NCBI GenBank assembly: GCA_965367815.1
Contig: CBDUKN010000007.1
Coordinates: forward strand, 1 to 64,000
Direction of reading: 5' to 3'
DNA length: 64,000 nt
DNA from: an uncultured Thermoprotei archaeon
Lineage (GTDB): Archaea; Thermoproteota; Thermoprotei; Thermofilales; B15-G2
The position numbers and the translations under genes are program-made. The notes beneath the pieces were generated by a model. That model made no database searches and was not told where the DNA came from. It saw only the letters and a program-made list of their open reading frames with translations. This document shows positions 49,068-60,900 of this stretch, in pieces. Each line of letters opens with the position of its first letter. Position 1 is the stretch's first letter.

Positions 49068-50801
49068 GTGTTTAAAAAACTATTACCTTATATAAGAAGA
49101 CATATTAAATATTTCCTAATATCTTTAGTACTATTATTCCTATCTAATCAGTTGAGTGTAATAGTACCTCTTATATCGAAAGACATCATAGATAAGTGCA
49201 TTATAGGAGGAAATCTAGAGCTACTACCTAGACTAGTTATTTTAACTATAGTTCTTTCCGTAGCTTCGGCAGGCCTCGGTGCTTTAAGAGGATATATTAA
49301 CACATTTTTTGCCCAAAAAATAGTATACGAGCTTAGAGTTGACGCATTTAAAGCGGTTCAACGTCAGTCATATGTATTCTTTTCTAAAATGCCAATAGGT
49401 CAGCTGATCTCGAGAATCACTAGCGACACCGATGTTGTTTCAAGTTTTCTCAGCAGACCTTTACCTAATGCTCTCAACGCGATTATTTTAGGAGTTCTAG
49501 CTTTCAGTGCAATGACGTCGATAAACTTAAAGCTCACATTCATGATATTTCCCTTCTTTATTGTAATAGTGCTGATTTTCTACAGATATTCTTCGCTAAT
49601 AAGACCTCTTTTCCTAAAAATTAGAAATCAGTATGGAAGATTAACTTCAATTACTAATAATTCTCTAGTAGGTATAATAACTATAAAAGCTTTAGGTGTA
49701 GAAGAATATTCTATTAAAAACTTTAAAGAAGAGAACAGTAGATACTTTGATTTGACAATGAAAGCTGCTAAAGTGAGGGCAACGTATATACCGCTAGTAT
49801 CACTCATAATTGGTATAGCTACAGTTATGATCCTCTACTATGGAGGAATCGAAACCATATTAGGAGCATTTACCGTAGGAAGTCTTTTAGCTTTTATAAG
49901 TTATCTTACAATGCTTGCATGGCCCTTCAGGTTTATAGGCTTCTTCGTGACATCTTTTCAGAGGTCAATGACTGCTGCAAAAAGAGTGTTCGATTTAATA
50001 GAGGCAGTCCCCGAAGTAAAAGAAAAACCTGATGCTATACCTATGCCTCCAATTAAAGGACACATTGTCTTCGAAAATGTTAGCTTTGGCTTTAGCAAAG
50101 ATAGACTTGTCCTAAAGAATATAAACCTTGAAATAAAGCCTGGAGAAAAAGTAGCTGTTGTAGGTCCAACAGGCTCAGGTAAAACGCTGCTAGTAATGAT
50201 GATTCCAAGGTTCTTTGATCCGATTGAAGGAAGAATACTGATAGATGGAATTGATGTAAGAGATGTTAAAATAAGATCTTTGCGCAAACAAATAGCGATA
50301 GTTCCTCAAGAACCCTATATTTTCGCCGGGACTATCAAAGATAATATTGCTTTCGGTAAGCCTAAAGCCCGATTAGATGAAATAGTTAGGGCAGCAAAAA
50401 TTGCTAGAATACACGATTTCATAGAGAAGCTTCCACAGAAATATGATACACTGGTTGGAGAAAGAGGAATAACGCTTTCCGGTGGGCAGAAGCAGAGAAT
50501 AGCTATTGCAAGAGTTATTCTCGTAGACCCCAAGATACTCATACTAGATGACCCTACATCGAATCTCGATGCACAAACCGAGAAAGAATTTGTTGAGATG
50601 CTCAAAGACGTGATAAAAGGCAAGACTACAATTATTATAACTTCTAGACCAGCTTTACTCAAACTAGCAGACAGAATAGTCGTGCTGAAAGATGGAACTA
50701 TTGTGGAAGAAGGAACCCACGAAGAGCTTCTCGCTAAAAAGGGTCTATATTACAGGCTTTATGAAGAGATGGTTAAAATGGCTGAAGTTGAGGTGAAATA
50801 A
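49068..50801 (+). CDS. ABC exporter TMD-NBD subunit (degenerate site)
   Basis: 6 TM helices, GPTGSGKT, LSGGQ, Walker B LDDP, switch His absent (ITSRP). Confidence 0.9.
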   Translation: MFKKLLPYIRRHIKYFLISLVLLFLSNQLSVIVPLISKDIIDKCIIGGNLELLPRLVILTIVLSVASAGLGALRGYINTFFAQKIVYELRVDAFKAVQRQSYVFFSKMPIGQLISRITSDTDVVSSFLSRPLPNALNAIILGVLAFSAMTSINLKLTFMIFPFFIVIVLIFYRYSSLIRPLFLKIRNQYGRLTSITNNSLVGIITIKALGVEEYSIKNFKEENSRYFDLTMKAAKVRATYIPLVSLIIGIATVMILYYGGIETILGAFTVGSLLAFISYLTMLAWPFRFIGFFVTSFQRSMTAAKRVFDLIEAVPEVKEKPDAIPMPPIKGHIVFENVSFGFSKDRLVLKNINLEIKPGEKVAVVGPTGSGKTLLVMMIPRFFDPIEGRILIDGIDVRDVKIRSLRKQIAIVPQEPYIFAGTIKDNIAFGKPKARLDEIVRAAKIARIHDFIEKLPQKYDTLVGERGITLSGGQKQRIAIARVILVDPKILILDDPTSNLDAQTEKEFVEMLKDVIKGKTTIIITSRPALLKLADRIVVLKDGTIVEEGTHEELLAKKGLYYRLYEEMVKMAEVEVK

Positions 50802-52585
50802 TGCATAGAGCACTGTGGATGGAGCCTGTGAAAGGAGAACATAAAATACCTCTTAAGGTTCTTTTAAAAAGGCTAGCTAAATTACTGGCTCCGTATAAGT
50901 GGGTTCTCTTAGGAGTCTTCGTCGTAACTATTCTGTGCGCTTTAATAGGGCTTGTTCAACCCTATTTAATTAAAGTCGCCATAGACAGCGGAATAAGTAA
51001 AGGCAATATGGAAGTGCTACTGAAGGCTTCAGCTTTATATCTGCTGGCAGTTGTGTCGCTCTGGGCTTTCGACTCAATAAGATCTTATTATTTCGAGTGG
51101 ATAGGAAATAGATTTGTATACGACTTAAGAGAAAAATTATTCAATCACATGGTAGGCCTATCTCACAGCTTTTTCGCGAAATCTCGTGTAGGAGACCTTA
51201 TAGCCCGTGTAATGAGCGACTGTGCCAGAGTAAGAGACGTTTTCATAAGTGGACTAGTAGCTGTAGCCGGCGACATTGTAAGCCTAGCAGGCGCACTAAT
51301 CATAATGTTCATACTAAACGTTGAGCTAACACTAGTTACGCTCACAATTATTCCCGCTATGATTATTGCAGCCTACTTGTTTACAACTAGATTTAGGAGA
51401 GTCTTCATGAAAGTTAGGGAAAAAACTTCGGAGCTCACAACTAAAGTACAAGAAAGTGTCTCGGGTATACGTGAAATACAGGCTTTTGCTAAAGAAAAAA
51501 GAAGTCTAAGAGAGTTCTGTAAAGTCAGTGAAGAGGCTCTCGAAGCTAGAATAGAGGCTACAAAAACATTTTCTCTTTTTCTGCCGCTAATGAACATTAT
51601 AATCACAATAGGCTCGGCTCTAGTAATATGGTACGGCGGACTAATGGTTGTAGCAGGCAGAACTACTGTAGGAGTACTAGTAGCGTTTATAACCTATACA
51701 TCTAGGTTCTTCAGGCCAATATTTACACTAGTATCAATGTACAATATAGTCCAAGAGGCGCTTGTCGCTTTAGAGAGAGTATTTGAGGTAATGGACGTTA
51801 AACCCGAAGTAGTCGACAAACCTGGAGCACTAGAACTAAAAGAAGTCAAAGGACATATAGTATTTGAAGACGTATGGTTCTCCTACGACAAAAAGACTCC
51901 TGTACTTAAAGGAGTGAGCTTTGAAGTCAGGCCTGGAGAAAAACTAGCGATAATTGGTCCTACTGGAGCAGGAAAAACAACAATTGTATATCTTCTCTGC
52001 AGGTTCTACGACCCCGATAAAGGGAGAGTTCTCGTAGATGGACACGACTTGAGAAATGTTAAGCAGAAGTCTCTAAGAAAATTCATAGGCTATGTTCCGC
52101 AAGACACTATACTTTTTCCAGGAACAGTAAAAGATAATATTAAAGTAAGTAAACCGGAGGCAAGCGACGAAGAAGTAGTAGAAGTATGCAAGAAGCTCGG
52201 AATACACCACATAATAGAAAAGCTTCCTCAAGGATACGATACAGACATAGGTGAATTCGGTAAAAGACTTTCAGCAGGCCAAAAACAGCTAATATCAATA
52301 GCTAGAGCACTTCTCAAGGATCCTCCGATACTGATACTAGACGAGGCAATGTCTAACGTCGATCCAGCTACAGAAAGCATAGTTAAGAGAGCTCTAGATA
52401 TTCTGATGAAAAACAGAACTACTATAATAATAGCACATAGACTTACTCTAGCCAGAGACGCCGATAAAATAATAGTAATTCAAGATGGCAGAATAATAGA
52501 AGAAGGCAGTCACGCCGGATTAATGGCGAAGAAAGGAGTATATTACAGACTTTATACAGCACAAATGGGAATAGCTGCTAAATAA
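50801..52585 (+). CDS. ABC exporter TMD-NBD subunit (consensus site); heterodimer partner, TM287/288-like
   Basis: GPTGAGKT, LSAGQ, LDEA, IAHRL; translationally coupled to the previous gene. Confidence 0.9.
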   Translation: MHRALWMEPVKGEHKIPLKVLLKRLAKLLAPYKWVLLGVFVVTILCALIGLVQPYLIKVAIDSGISKGNMEVLLKASALYLLAVVSLWAFDSIRSYYFEWIGNRFVYDLREKLFNHMVGLSHSFFAKSRVGDLIARVMSDCARVRDVFISGLVAVAGDIVSLAGALIIMFILNVELTLVTLTIIPAMIIAAYLFTTRFRRVFMKVREKTSELTTKVQESVSGIREIQAFAKEKRSLREFCKVSEEALEARIEATKTFSLFLPLMNIIITIGSALVIWYGGLMVVAGRTTVGVLVAFITYTSRFFRPIFTLVSMYNIVQEALVALERVFEVMDVKPEVVDKPGALELKEVKGHIVFEDVWFSYDKKTPVLKGVSFEVRPGEKLAIIGPTGAGKTTIVYLLCRFYDPDKGRVLVDGHDLRNVKQKSLRKFIGYVPQDTILFPGTVKDNIKVSKPEASDEEVVEVCKKLGIHHIIEKLPQGYDTDIGEFGKRLSAGQKQLISIARALLKDPPILILDEAMSNVDPATESIVKRALDILMKNRTTIIIAHRLTLARDADKIIVIQDGRIIEEGSHAGLMAKKGVYYRLYTAQMGIAAK

Positions 52586-53144
52586 ACTCCTCGTTGTATT
52601 TTATCCCGATAGGACAGACTAGTACACATGATAAGCAAAATACACACTTATAGGTCTTAACTGAACTTAAGCCAATAGCGCCTACTGGACAAAAAGCTGT
52701 ACAAGCTAAACAGTTCTCACAAGGATTAAAATCACCTAAAGCCTGTTTCTTTTCAAAAACCTTATCCAAAGCAACTCCCGCAACAACTACTCTAGGACCA
52801 TACCTAGGTGTAACTAAACGCCCATTTCTTCCAACTACTCCTAAACCACCTTCCTCTGCATATTTCTCAAGAGGTAAATTAGTAAATGGCGGAATGTACT
52901 GAGCAAAAACACCTAGTGACTGTAGCTTTGATACAACATAAAATCCTATTTCAGAAGACTTTCTACAAGCTTCAATCATTTTAGAGAAAACGTTTCTCTT
53001 ACTCAGCCCTATGAAGGGAATATAGTACACTAGAATAGACTTAACCCAAGGAAAAATCTCCGCTAAGAGACTATCAGCCTTAACTACACACCACTCAGTT
53101 AAACCTACTTCGTTCAGTACCTTTTCTAATGAGAATATATCCAC
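52578..53144 (-). CDS. QueG/reductive-dehalogenase-like 4Fe-4S dicluster protein (short)
   Basis: AEEGGLGVVGRNG.LVTPRYGPRV, CENCLACTAFCP, CVFCLSCVLVCP. Confidence 0.7.
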   Translation of the reverse strand: MDIFSLEKVLNEVGLTEWCVVKADSLLAEIFPWVKSILVYYIPFIGLSKRNVFSKMIEACRKSSEIGFYVVSKLQSLGVFAQYIPPFTNLPLEKYAEEGGLGVVGRNGRLVTPRYGPRVVVAGVALDKVFEKKQALGDFNPCENCLACTAFCPVGAIGLSSVKTYKCVFCLSCVLVCPIGIKYNEEFI

Positions 53145-53232
53145 ATTAGCTTAGGCTTAAGAAAAGTATTAATTATTTTCTGTAAACAGTAAAACCGAAA
53201 AATATACTAGCAGTCAAGCGAACTAGCCATAG

Positions 53233-55053
53233 ATGTATTTAACCGAAATAAAGTTCATACAAGAATACTTCAAGCTGAAAAAACTATTTAGTAAACTGAA
53301 ACACTATAGTAATATACTCAAAATATACTTTGGATTAAAGTTATATGAATTTATATTAAGATATCCTAATGTGAATAAGTATAAATTAATAGAAATAGCT
53401 GAATTAAACAAAGATTTCTTTGCAATTAAAGTACTAGAAAAAATATTTGAAAGACCGAGCTATAAAGAGCTAGTCGAGTACATTATAGAGTCTGAAAACA
53501 TTAAGCTAGACGGCAACGGAGTACCTTATGTCGAAAAGAAAACTGTCTTGCCGAGGCCTGTTGCATGGACTATTGTAGGCTTTATTTTCAACAGTAATGT
53601 TGTTGAAAAATACATAGATTACTTAAAGCTGTGCATAAAAATAAGTGGTATAAAGGAGTTTCTAGAAGGTAAGCTAGAGAAGGTAGAGATTTTAGAGCCT
53701 CGAAAGTCTCTAAGCTATATTCTGTATAGCTTCCTTACAGGAAAGAATGTTTTATACAAGCAGGTTCTGCTTAAAGAACTTCTCAAAGCTAGATTTATAC
53801 TATACTGTAAATTTGCTGAGGAGACGGGAAGAAAACCCTATAGTTTTTCAACTATCCTTTCAGAAAACTATTTAAAAAGAATCGTTAACTTAGCTTACTT
53901 AAGTCTTAGAGAAAGATTTACTATCACACCTGCAGTAGCTCTTTCGGAAGACCTAATTCTATCTAAAAATGTCTCATTCACAGTAGTCTACGGTAGCTTA
54001 AAGAGAGGCTTTATTAACGCTTTATGGGATTTAGCGAGAGATGTACACGAATACGATATCTTCTCTAAAAGCAACATAGTCTTTTCCGCCTGCCATTGGA
54101 AGAAGCTAGCTTTACTTGAAGACAAAATTCTGCTTGCAGAAGGTTTTGTAGGAGAAGGAGACAAAGTAGTGTACGGGTCTTTAAAGTATCTTCCAGAAGT
54201 AAAATGTGTTTTCTTTCTGAACTTTCCATACGGAAAGGAAATAAGTCTTCACAAACATTTATCTGAGATTTTTTCGCAGAGAGACATTATTCAAGTAAAT
54301 CCCTATTTTTCATCTAAAATAGCTGATAGCAAGTACTTAACTAATATTGTTTTAAAGAAAGCGAAAATAAATATTCCTGCTCAGTTGAGGCTCCTCAGGG
54401 GCTTAAATTTAAGCTACTGTATAGAGCAGATAAAAGCTTTTTCGAGAGAGCTTGGAGCATCTATACTTGTAGTAAAGCCTGAGCACGGAACTGAGGGAAT
54501 ACAAGCTGAAGCCTTAGAGTTGTCTAACGAAAGAAAACTAATGCAGTGCTTGCAGAGAATTCTTCAAAGCGATAACGCCGTAGTAGAAGAGCTAAGAGGC
54601 AACATAGGGTACTTAGGATATCCTACTGTATTTAGAGTAGTTGTTTCATGGAACGGCGAAGACTTTGAGTGCGAAGGAGGATACGCTATAGTGTCTCCAG
54701 CTAAAAGGGAGTACATTGCTTCGGTATCACATGGAGGAAGAATAGTGGACATAAATACTGCTTTAAAAAACCTTTACACTTACAGTGAGCTGAAGCAAGT
54801 AAACGTGAATTCAGAAATACTAGTTTCTTCTTCTAAAAGAGCCGCTAAAGTACTGAATACTGGTTTCAGTGAAGAAGACTACTTGAAGTACATGGGCATA
54901 GACTTAGTACTTGAGCAGAGAAGTAAAGAAATCGAAGCAGTTGTCATTGAAGTAAATGCGAGACCTAGCGGTCTAAGTTTCCTAAAGAAAATAGACTCAG
55001 GTGAAGTAAACGTTATAAAAAATTTGTTAAAGTATTTAAAGAGATTCGAGTAA
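53233..55053 (+). CDS. ATP-grasp domain protein with an unknown N-terminal half
   Basis: ADSKY, VVKPEHGTEG, VVEE, ASVSHGG, MGIDLV, IEVNARP. Confidence 0.7.
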   Translation: MYLTEIKFIQEYFKLKKLFSKLKHYSNILKIYFGLKLYEFILRYPNVNKYKLIEIAELNKDFFAIKVLEKIFERPSYKELVEYIIESENIKLDGNGVPYVEKKTVLPRPVAWTIVGFIFNSNVVEKYIDYLKLCIKISGIKEFLEGKLEKVEILEPRKSLSYILYSFLTGKNVLYKQVLLKELLKARFILYCKFAEETGRKPYSFSTILSENYLKRIVNLAYLSLRERFTITPAVALSEDLILSKNVSFTVVYGSLKRGFINALWDLARDVHEYDIFSKSNIVFSACHWKKLALLEDKILLAEGFVGEGDKVVYGSLKYLPEVKCVFFLNFPYGKEISLHKHLSEIFSQRDIIQVNPYFSSKIADSKYLTNIVLKKAKINIPAQLRLLRGLNLSYCIEQIKAFSRELGASILVVKPEHGTEGIQAEALELSNERKLMQCLQRILQSDNAVVEELRGNIGYLGYPTVFRVVVSWNGEDFECEGGYAIVSPAKREYIASVSHGGRIVDINTALKNLYTYSELKQVNVNSEILVSSSKRAAKVLNTGFSEEDYLKYMGIDLVLEQRSKEIEAVVIEVNARPSGLSFLKKIDSGEVNVIKNLLKYLKRFE

Positions 55054-55533
55054 AGCAGCAGCTTCTTTAACTTTGTTTAAAGCTTCAGAAACTTTCTCTT
55101 TATAGGTATTCAGTTTATTCTCAGCCTCTTCTAGTTTCTTTTTAACTTCTTCTAGCTCAGCTTTGAGTTTCTCTATATCTTCTTTAGGCGCAGCCCTAAC
55201 TAAGGGAACTTCTATCTTTACTCCTTCTCTAGCAAAGCGTTCGTAAGTTTCTCTCACAAGTTTTCCTGCCTCAGTTTTACCAGACAGGTGATTTCTAATA
55301 GTAGCTTCAGTTCTACCTAGTTCTTCAGCTATCATTGATATCGTGTAGCCAGCTTTTTCTCTAGCTAAAGCTGCGGCAGCTACTCCGAGAGAATCTAGCC
55401 AAGTTAAGCGTTCTTCAGCATGCTTCATTTTCTCTAAAACATCTTCTCTGAGTAGAGTAGCTATCATTAAGGCAGTTTCAAGTTTATGAATATCGCTCTT
55501 AGTCAAAGGCTTGAGAGGAATTTCTTCGCTCAT
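55036..55533 (-). CDS. Archaeal HTH regulator (COG1318-like) with coiled-coil tail
   Basis: ERLTWLDSL..AAAALAREKAG, IAEELGRTEATIRNHLSGKTEAGKLV. Confidence 0.85.
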   Translation of the reverse strand: MSEEIPLKPLTKSDIHKLETALMIATLLREDVLEKMKHAEERLTWLDSLGVAAAALAREKAGYTISMIAEELGRTEATIRNHLSGKTEAGKLVRETYERFAREGVKIEVPLVRAAPKEDIEKLKAELEEVKKKLEEAENKLNTYKEKVSEALNKVKEAAALLESL

Positions 55534-55651
55534 ACTATAATATATACTGGATTTACAGTATATTATTTAATCGCCTAAATTTCTTCTCGATCTCGCGGAA
55601 AGCTAATAGTATATGCGTTAAGTAAATTAAAGACTTGTTCAACGAATAGGT

Positions 55652-56527
55652 GTGCACGTATTCATAAGTCATATTTGTCTCCAGTGTCTAGGTAAGCTAG
55701 CATACTACTTCGTATCGAAGACTAAGCTCAGTGAAGAAGAGAAAATAAGGGCTACAGCACACCTCTACAGAAAGATAGCCGAGCTATTTGAAGGAGATTT
55801 AAGCAACTACATGGAGATCTGCGCCAACTTCTACTTAGAAGTATTCAAGGTCACTGGTGAAGAAGACTTATTTGCTGAAGAAAAGAAGCTGAGCAATGAA
55901 ATAGCTTTCAAGCTACTTGACTTAGCTAAACAGCATGCCGAAACTCTCAGCGGAGCAATTAAAGTAGCTGCTGTCGGAAATGCACTAGACTTCGGTACAG
56001 GCGTATACGAGGTTTCCCTAGAAGATTTCAAGAAAGAGTTTTCTGAACTTGTATCTCGGGAATTCGCTATAAACGACTACAGTGTATTCGTAGAAGACTT
56101 AAAGAAGTCTCAGAACATACTCTATGTTCTCGACAATGCTGGAGAAGCAGTATTTGATTTAGTGCTAGTAGAAAAACTGAAAGAATATGTAGATGAAGTA
56201 ATTGTAGCGGCGCGAGACAAGCCTGTACAAAACGACGTGACGGCAAAAGAGGCTCTAGAACTAGGCTTCAGAAAAATAGCTAAAGTTATCAGTACTGGGT
56301 CTAGAGTACCTGGAATTTATTTAAAGACATGTAGCAGCGAATTCATTGAGATCTTGAAGAACAGCGACCTTGTTGTTCTCAAAGGACAGGGCAATTACCA
56401 GTCAATAGATGAAATAAAGAAAGTTAGAAGCAAGCCTACGTACGCTATTCTGAGAGCAAAGTGTCCTCCAGTAGCAAAAGCTCTTGGCGTGAAGTACGGA
56501 GACTTTGTTTTCAAGAAGCTGATTTAA
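55652..56527 (+). CDS. DUF89/ARMT1-like damage-control phosphatase
   Basis: CLQC, GNALD, LDNAGE.VFD, QND, KGQGNY, KC. Confidence 0.88.
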   Translation: MHVFISHICLQCLGKLAYYFVSKTKLSEEEKIRATAHLYRKIAELFEGDLSNYMEICANFYLEVFKVTGEEDLFAEEKKLSNEIAFKLLDLAKQHAETLSGAIKVAAVGNALDFGTGVYEVSLEDFKKEFSELVSREFAINDYSVFVEDLKKSQNILYVLDNAGEAVFDLVLVEKLKEYVDEVIVAARDKPVQNDVTAKEALELGFRKIAKVISTGSRVPGIYLKTCSSEFIEILKNSDLVVLKGQGNYQSIDEIKKVRSKPTYAILRAKCPPVAKALGVKYGDFVFKKLI

Positions 56528-56591
56528 CGGAAAGAGAAAATCGAGACTTTTAGTACACATGCTTTTTATATAGCAAGCTGAGGTAATTGCC

Positions 56592-57905
56592 GTGTACAAG
56601 AAAATAGTATTCTTCATACTCACACTTATTTCCTCGTTTGTAATAATGTATAGCGTAGTATCGAAGTGTCCTCTACTGCCCGGCATAGACGGTCCCTACT
56701 ACTTAGTTCAGACAAATTATCTCTTAAAGTACTTTAAGCTAAAATACATGGATCCTCCTTTGGCTTTCTTTATTCTAGCTTTCTTCAGATTGTTTATAAG
56801 CGACCCCTTTGTAGCGCTTAAAGTAGGAATAACAGTAATTACGTCAAATATAGCAGCCACTATTTTCCTTTACTCAGATTACTTCACTAAAGACGAAATA
56901 CAGGCTTTCTTAATTTCGCTTATATTTGTCTTAAACAGCACTACATTTAGACTGCTGCAAGACTTCTGGAAAAACATAACTGGCTTCATTTGGATAGTTC
57001 TGTCGCTGTATTTTACTGCAAGAGGGGTAAACGAGAACAACAGAAAGTACTGTATCTTAGCCTCACTATTCATAGTGCTGACCTATTTAACACATATACT
57101 TGACGCAGGAACCATTACCTTGATCTATCTATTTACACCATTTTTTCTTCTAATACACTCTACTAAAAGTGTTAAGAAAGTATGGGTTCAGGTAGCTACA
57201 GCAGCATTAATGCTTGCAGCAGCTTTCGCAGCGCCAATAATTGTCGGAGGAGATATAGCCAAAGGAGTAGCCTTTATTGAAGACTTACTGGAGCTAGAGA
57301 AAGAGGTAGAAGAATTTCCGCCTATTATTGCTGTAAGGTGGTCGTTTACAGGACTTCTCTTCGGTGCAGCCTGCTTAATCTTTTCAATATACTATATTAA
57401 AAGAAAGCCTGTGTGCAGTATACTGGGAGCAATAGGTGTAGCTTTAATAGCGCTAAATTTACCTTTCATTGAAAGAGGCTGGCTATGGAGATTTCAGTTA
57501 ATGAATGGACTTCTCATAACTTTAGCTCTTCCAGTAATTTTAGCGGAAATCGAAGACAAGACCGCTAAAATAGCTATACTTCTTCTAATTCTAGGCTTTG
57601 TTGTATACGACTCTGCCTACTACTTCGACAGAGGACTCCGTATGAGCATATCTTTAGCTGAATACGCTGAAATAAAGCTTCTTGTGAAAAAGCTCCCTCC
57701 AGGCGCAACTCTAGTAGTACCTAATACTAAGCTAAGGTACTGGATTGAAACATTTTGCGAAAATGTAGTTAGACAGCCGACAGGAGCTGAGGGAAAGCTT
57801 ATTCTAGTAATTGAGAAAAGAGTAGTGCACAAAAGACCTCCTTGGCCTGTGTTTTTCAGAGGAAAATTTATTGAAGCATACATTATATTGAAAAAGAGAC
57901 CTTAA
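56592..57905 (+). CDS. Polytopic membrane protein, GT-C glycosyltransferase-like
   Basis: N-terminal TM then GIDGPYY loop, PPL, ~11 TM segments, LTH, small C-terminal soluble domain. Confidence 0.55.
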   Translation: MYKKIVFFILTLISSFVIMYSVVSKCPLLPGIDGPYYLVQTNYLLKYFKLKYMDPPLAFFILAFFRLFISDPFVALKVGITVITSNIAATIFLYSDYFTKDEIQAFLISLIFVLNSTTFRLLQDFWKNITGFIWIVLSLYFTARGVNENNRKYCILASLFIVLTYLTHILDAGTITLIYLFTPFFLLIHSTKSVKKVWVQVATAALMLAAAFAAPIIVGGDIAKGVAFIEDLLELEKEVEEFPPIIAVRWSFTGLLFGAACLIFSIYYIKRKPVCSILGAIGVALIALNLPFIERGWLWRFQLMNGLLITLALPVILAEIEDKTAKIAILLLILGFVVYDSAYYFDRGLRMSISLAEYAEIKLLVKKLPPGATLVVPNTKLRYWIETFCENVVRQPTGAEGKLILVIEKRVVHKRPPWPVFFRGKFIEAYIILKKRP

Positions 57906-57960
57906 GTTTCACAGGGTAGAAGTTTTTTATAATAGATAATATACAGTACCTTGAGGTGTT

Positions 57961-60900
57961 ATGCTTAAAGGGAAATTATTAGCTTTCATACTAGGATTAA
58001 CTCTAATATCAGCGGCTCTGCTAGCGCCTATTTCAGCTGTACCAATGTTTACCATAAGAGGATATGTTAAAACATGGAAAGGAGAGCCTCACACCAATAC
58101 TATAGTCGTGGCATTCGATATAGCAAACTACGAAGTAAGAGGAGTGACTAAAACAAATGCTAGCGGATACTTTGAAATTACAGTACCGAGAGGCTATAAG
58201 TACGTAGTATTTATTCTGCCGCTCAACGCTAATGGAACAGCTCTAAGCCATGTACCAGAAATAGCCGACTTACATTCATTTGAAGACTTAGTTGAAGTCA
58301 CTATAAACTTCAAGGCATACCCAGCAGCATTTGTTAAAGTCTACGGAACAATACACTATGTTGGGGGAGATTGGCTCGAAATATTTTCACTTAAAGTACT
58401 AGATACAAGCGGAACAAGGATATCTGAAGTACTAGACGCAGGTAAAGCAGTATACTCAAGAGAGTTCGTGGGTAAAGGTGAAGTAAAAGTATCTCTTGTC
58501 GACGAATATGGCACAGCGTCAAGTTTCCTCGTATACTATGAAGTAGGAGTAAGGAGAGGAAAACTGCCTGCAGGTCTAGCCGATAAAAGCATAGCTATAG
58601 TTCCTGCAGAAAAACCAGTTATAGTTGAGTTCACGACAAGCATAATAGATAACCGTAAGCCACCGTTCCTTAGAGAACCAATACACAGAGTAAAATTCAC
58701 TATAGGAGATCCACTCAACCCGCTAACACTAAAACCCGGAGAAAAAGTATTATTTGATATCGAGAAAGAGTCCTTGAAGAGAATTATCCAGGAAGTTAGA
58801 AGAGACGTCGATATAGCTGAATCACTCATAGAAGAAATGGAGCGAATGGGCTTCTACCTAGCTCCAGAGAGAGCAGACTTAGCTAAAGCTATAGCGCTAA
58901 TAGAAGAAGCAAAGCTCGCCTATGAGCAGAACCAGCCAGTAGAGCAGATAATAGAGAAGCTTGAGAGAGCATACGTTATAGCGACACAAGTAGTAGCTGG
59001 ACGAGTATTTTTCCTCAAAACAGTTGCTTTAGAGGGAGCGCCTCTTCTCTCATACTTCATAGCACTCTTCGCAGCAGTAATGGCCTACTACTTCTTCGAA
59101 GACCCCAAGAAAAAACTATACTCGTTCATAGCGTTCTTCGCAGCCTTCATGATAATATTCGCGCTATCTTACCCAGGATTCCCACTACTATGGAACAACA
59201 GAAGAGACCTCTTCCTAATCTCAGTATCTACAGCCTTCTTCGGAGTACTCTTCTTACTATTCTACTTACCCATCAAAATAAAGGAAGCAGAGCTCCCAGG
59301 AACATTCAGAAGAGGAGCAATACTGGCAGTAACATTCTCACTTGCAAAGAGATTCTCTAGACTCAAGAAAACTAGAACAGGTATAGTAGTGTTCTCTCTA
59401 GCGGCTCTAATCTGGGCGTTTACAGTACTAGCATCTATTTCAACAGTATACGGCATATGGAGCGCTGAAGTACCTTCAGTAACCAAGGTAAACGCGCTAG
59501 TGGTAAAGCACTTAATAAATGAGACAACTATAAGTTCACTAGGCTATTTCTCTGACTACCAGTGGTTCGTCCAGCAGCTAGGCAACGATAGTGTATCAGT
59601 AGTAGTCTATAACGATCCGACAATTAAGCTAACTATACTCATTACTTCACCTGAAGGAAAATCTGTTGAAGTCAAAGCCTTCATGGGAGTCTCAGAGATA
59701 GAAGACAAAATTACAGGCATATCAAAAATAATAGTTGAAGGAGACTGGTCAAAAGTAGAGGAAAAGAACTCTGTCTTCTTACCTTCAACTCTAGCTGAGA
59801 AGCTTGGAGTGAAAGTAGGAGATGTAGTTAAAATAGAAGTATATAGGCCGGGAGTAGAAATACCTGTATCAGAAAAATACGTTGTCGCAGGAATATTTGA
59901 TGAACTGTCTCTAGACAGAATAAAAGATATCGATGGAACACCGCTTAAACCACTAGTTCTAGTGAAAGGAGGCTTTGCTCCAGCAAACTCAACAGACATA
60001 ATTATTGGCAACTGGGAGTACTTACTCAAAGAAGTTCTCCTTGAAGAGAAAGCACTATTCTCAACAGTATTTAAGATATACAGAATAGCTGCAGTAGGGT
60101 CATCAGATGTACTGAAGAGCGTAGCCAGAAGATATATTGAAAGAAAAGGTGAAGGCTACTATGTTTACGTAAATACTGAAGGCAAGTGCTACAAACTTTT
60201 CTTCGGACAGAAAGTAGAAAACATCTTAATGAGAAACGTTGACTTCATAATACCAATAGCAATAGTAATCTCGGTAGTACTTGTATCAATGTACAGTATA
60301 GTAGAGGAAAGAAGAAGAGAAATATTTATCTTCAACGCTATAGGCTTCAATCCAATGCACATAGCCTTCCTATTCTTAGCGGAGTCAATAGTCTACGGAC
60401 TCATATCAGGAGGCCTAGGATACATAGCTGGAATAGTCACCTTCAGAGTAATGGCAACATACTTCTCGTCACTAAACCTCCTAGTAAGAGAAAAGCTAGA
60501 GTGGTACTGGAGCATCATAGCAATATTTATCTCAATACTAGTAGCCATGATCGCTTCCTTCAAGCCAGCACTCAAAGCAGCCATGATGTACACTCCATCA
60601 AGAGTACGCAGAGTAAAGGCCACTGAGGCAGAAAAACTCAAACGCGAAGAAAAAATCCTAGTAACCTACGTAGGCAAGAGGTATCTACTATCAGCTAAAA
60701 TCAAGGAAGATGAGGCCGTAATATTCTTCTCGTTTATATACTCAAGGCTCAAGGACATGGAGTCAGGATACACTGAGAGAGTAGAAGATCTGCAGGAATA
60801 TGATGAAGAAGAGCTTCCCGACGGAACACTAGTAAAGAGATTCACCTTCAAGTGCGTGCTCTTAGTTGAAGGAGAGCGCGTAGTCATAGACAACGACTTG

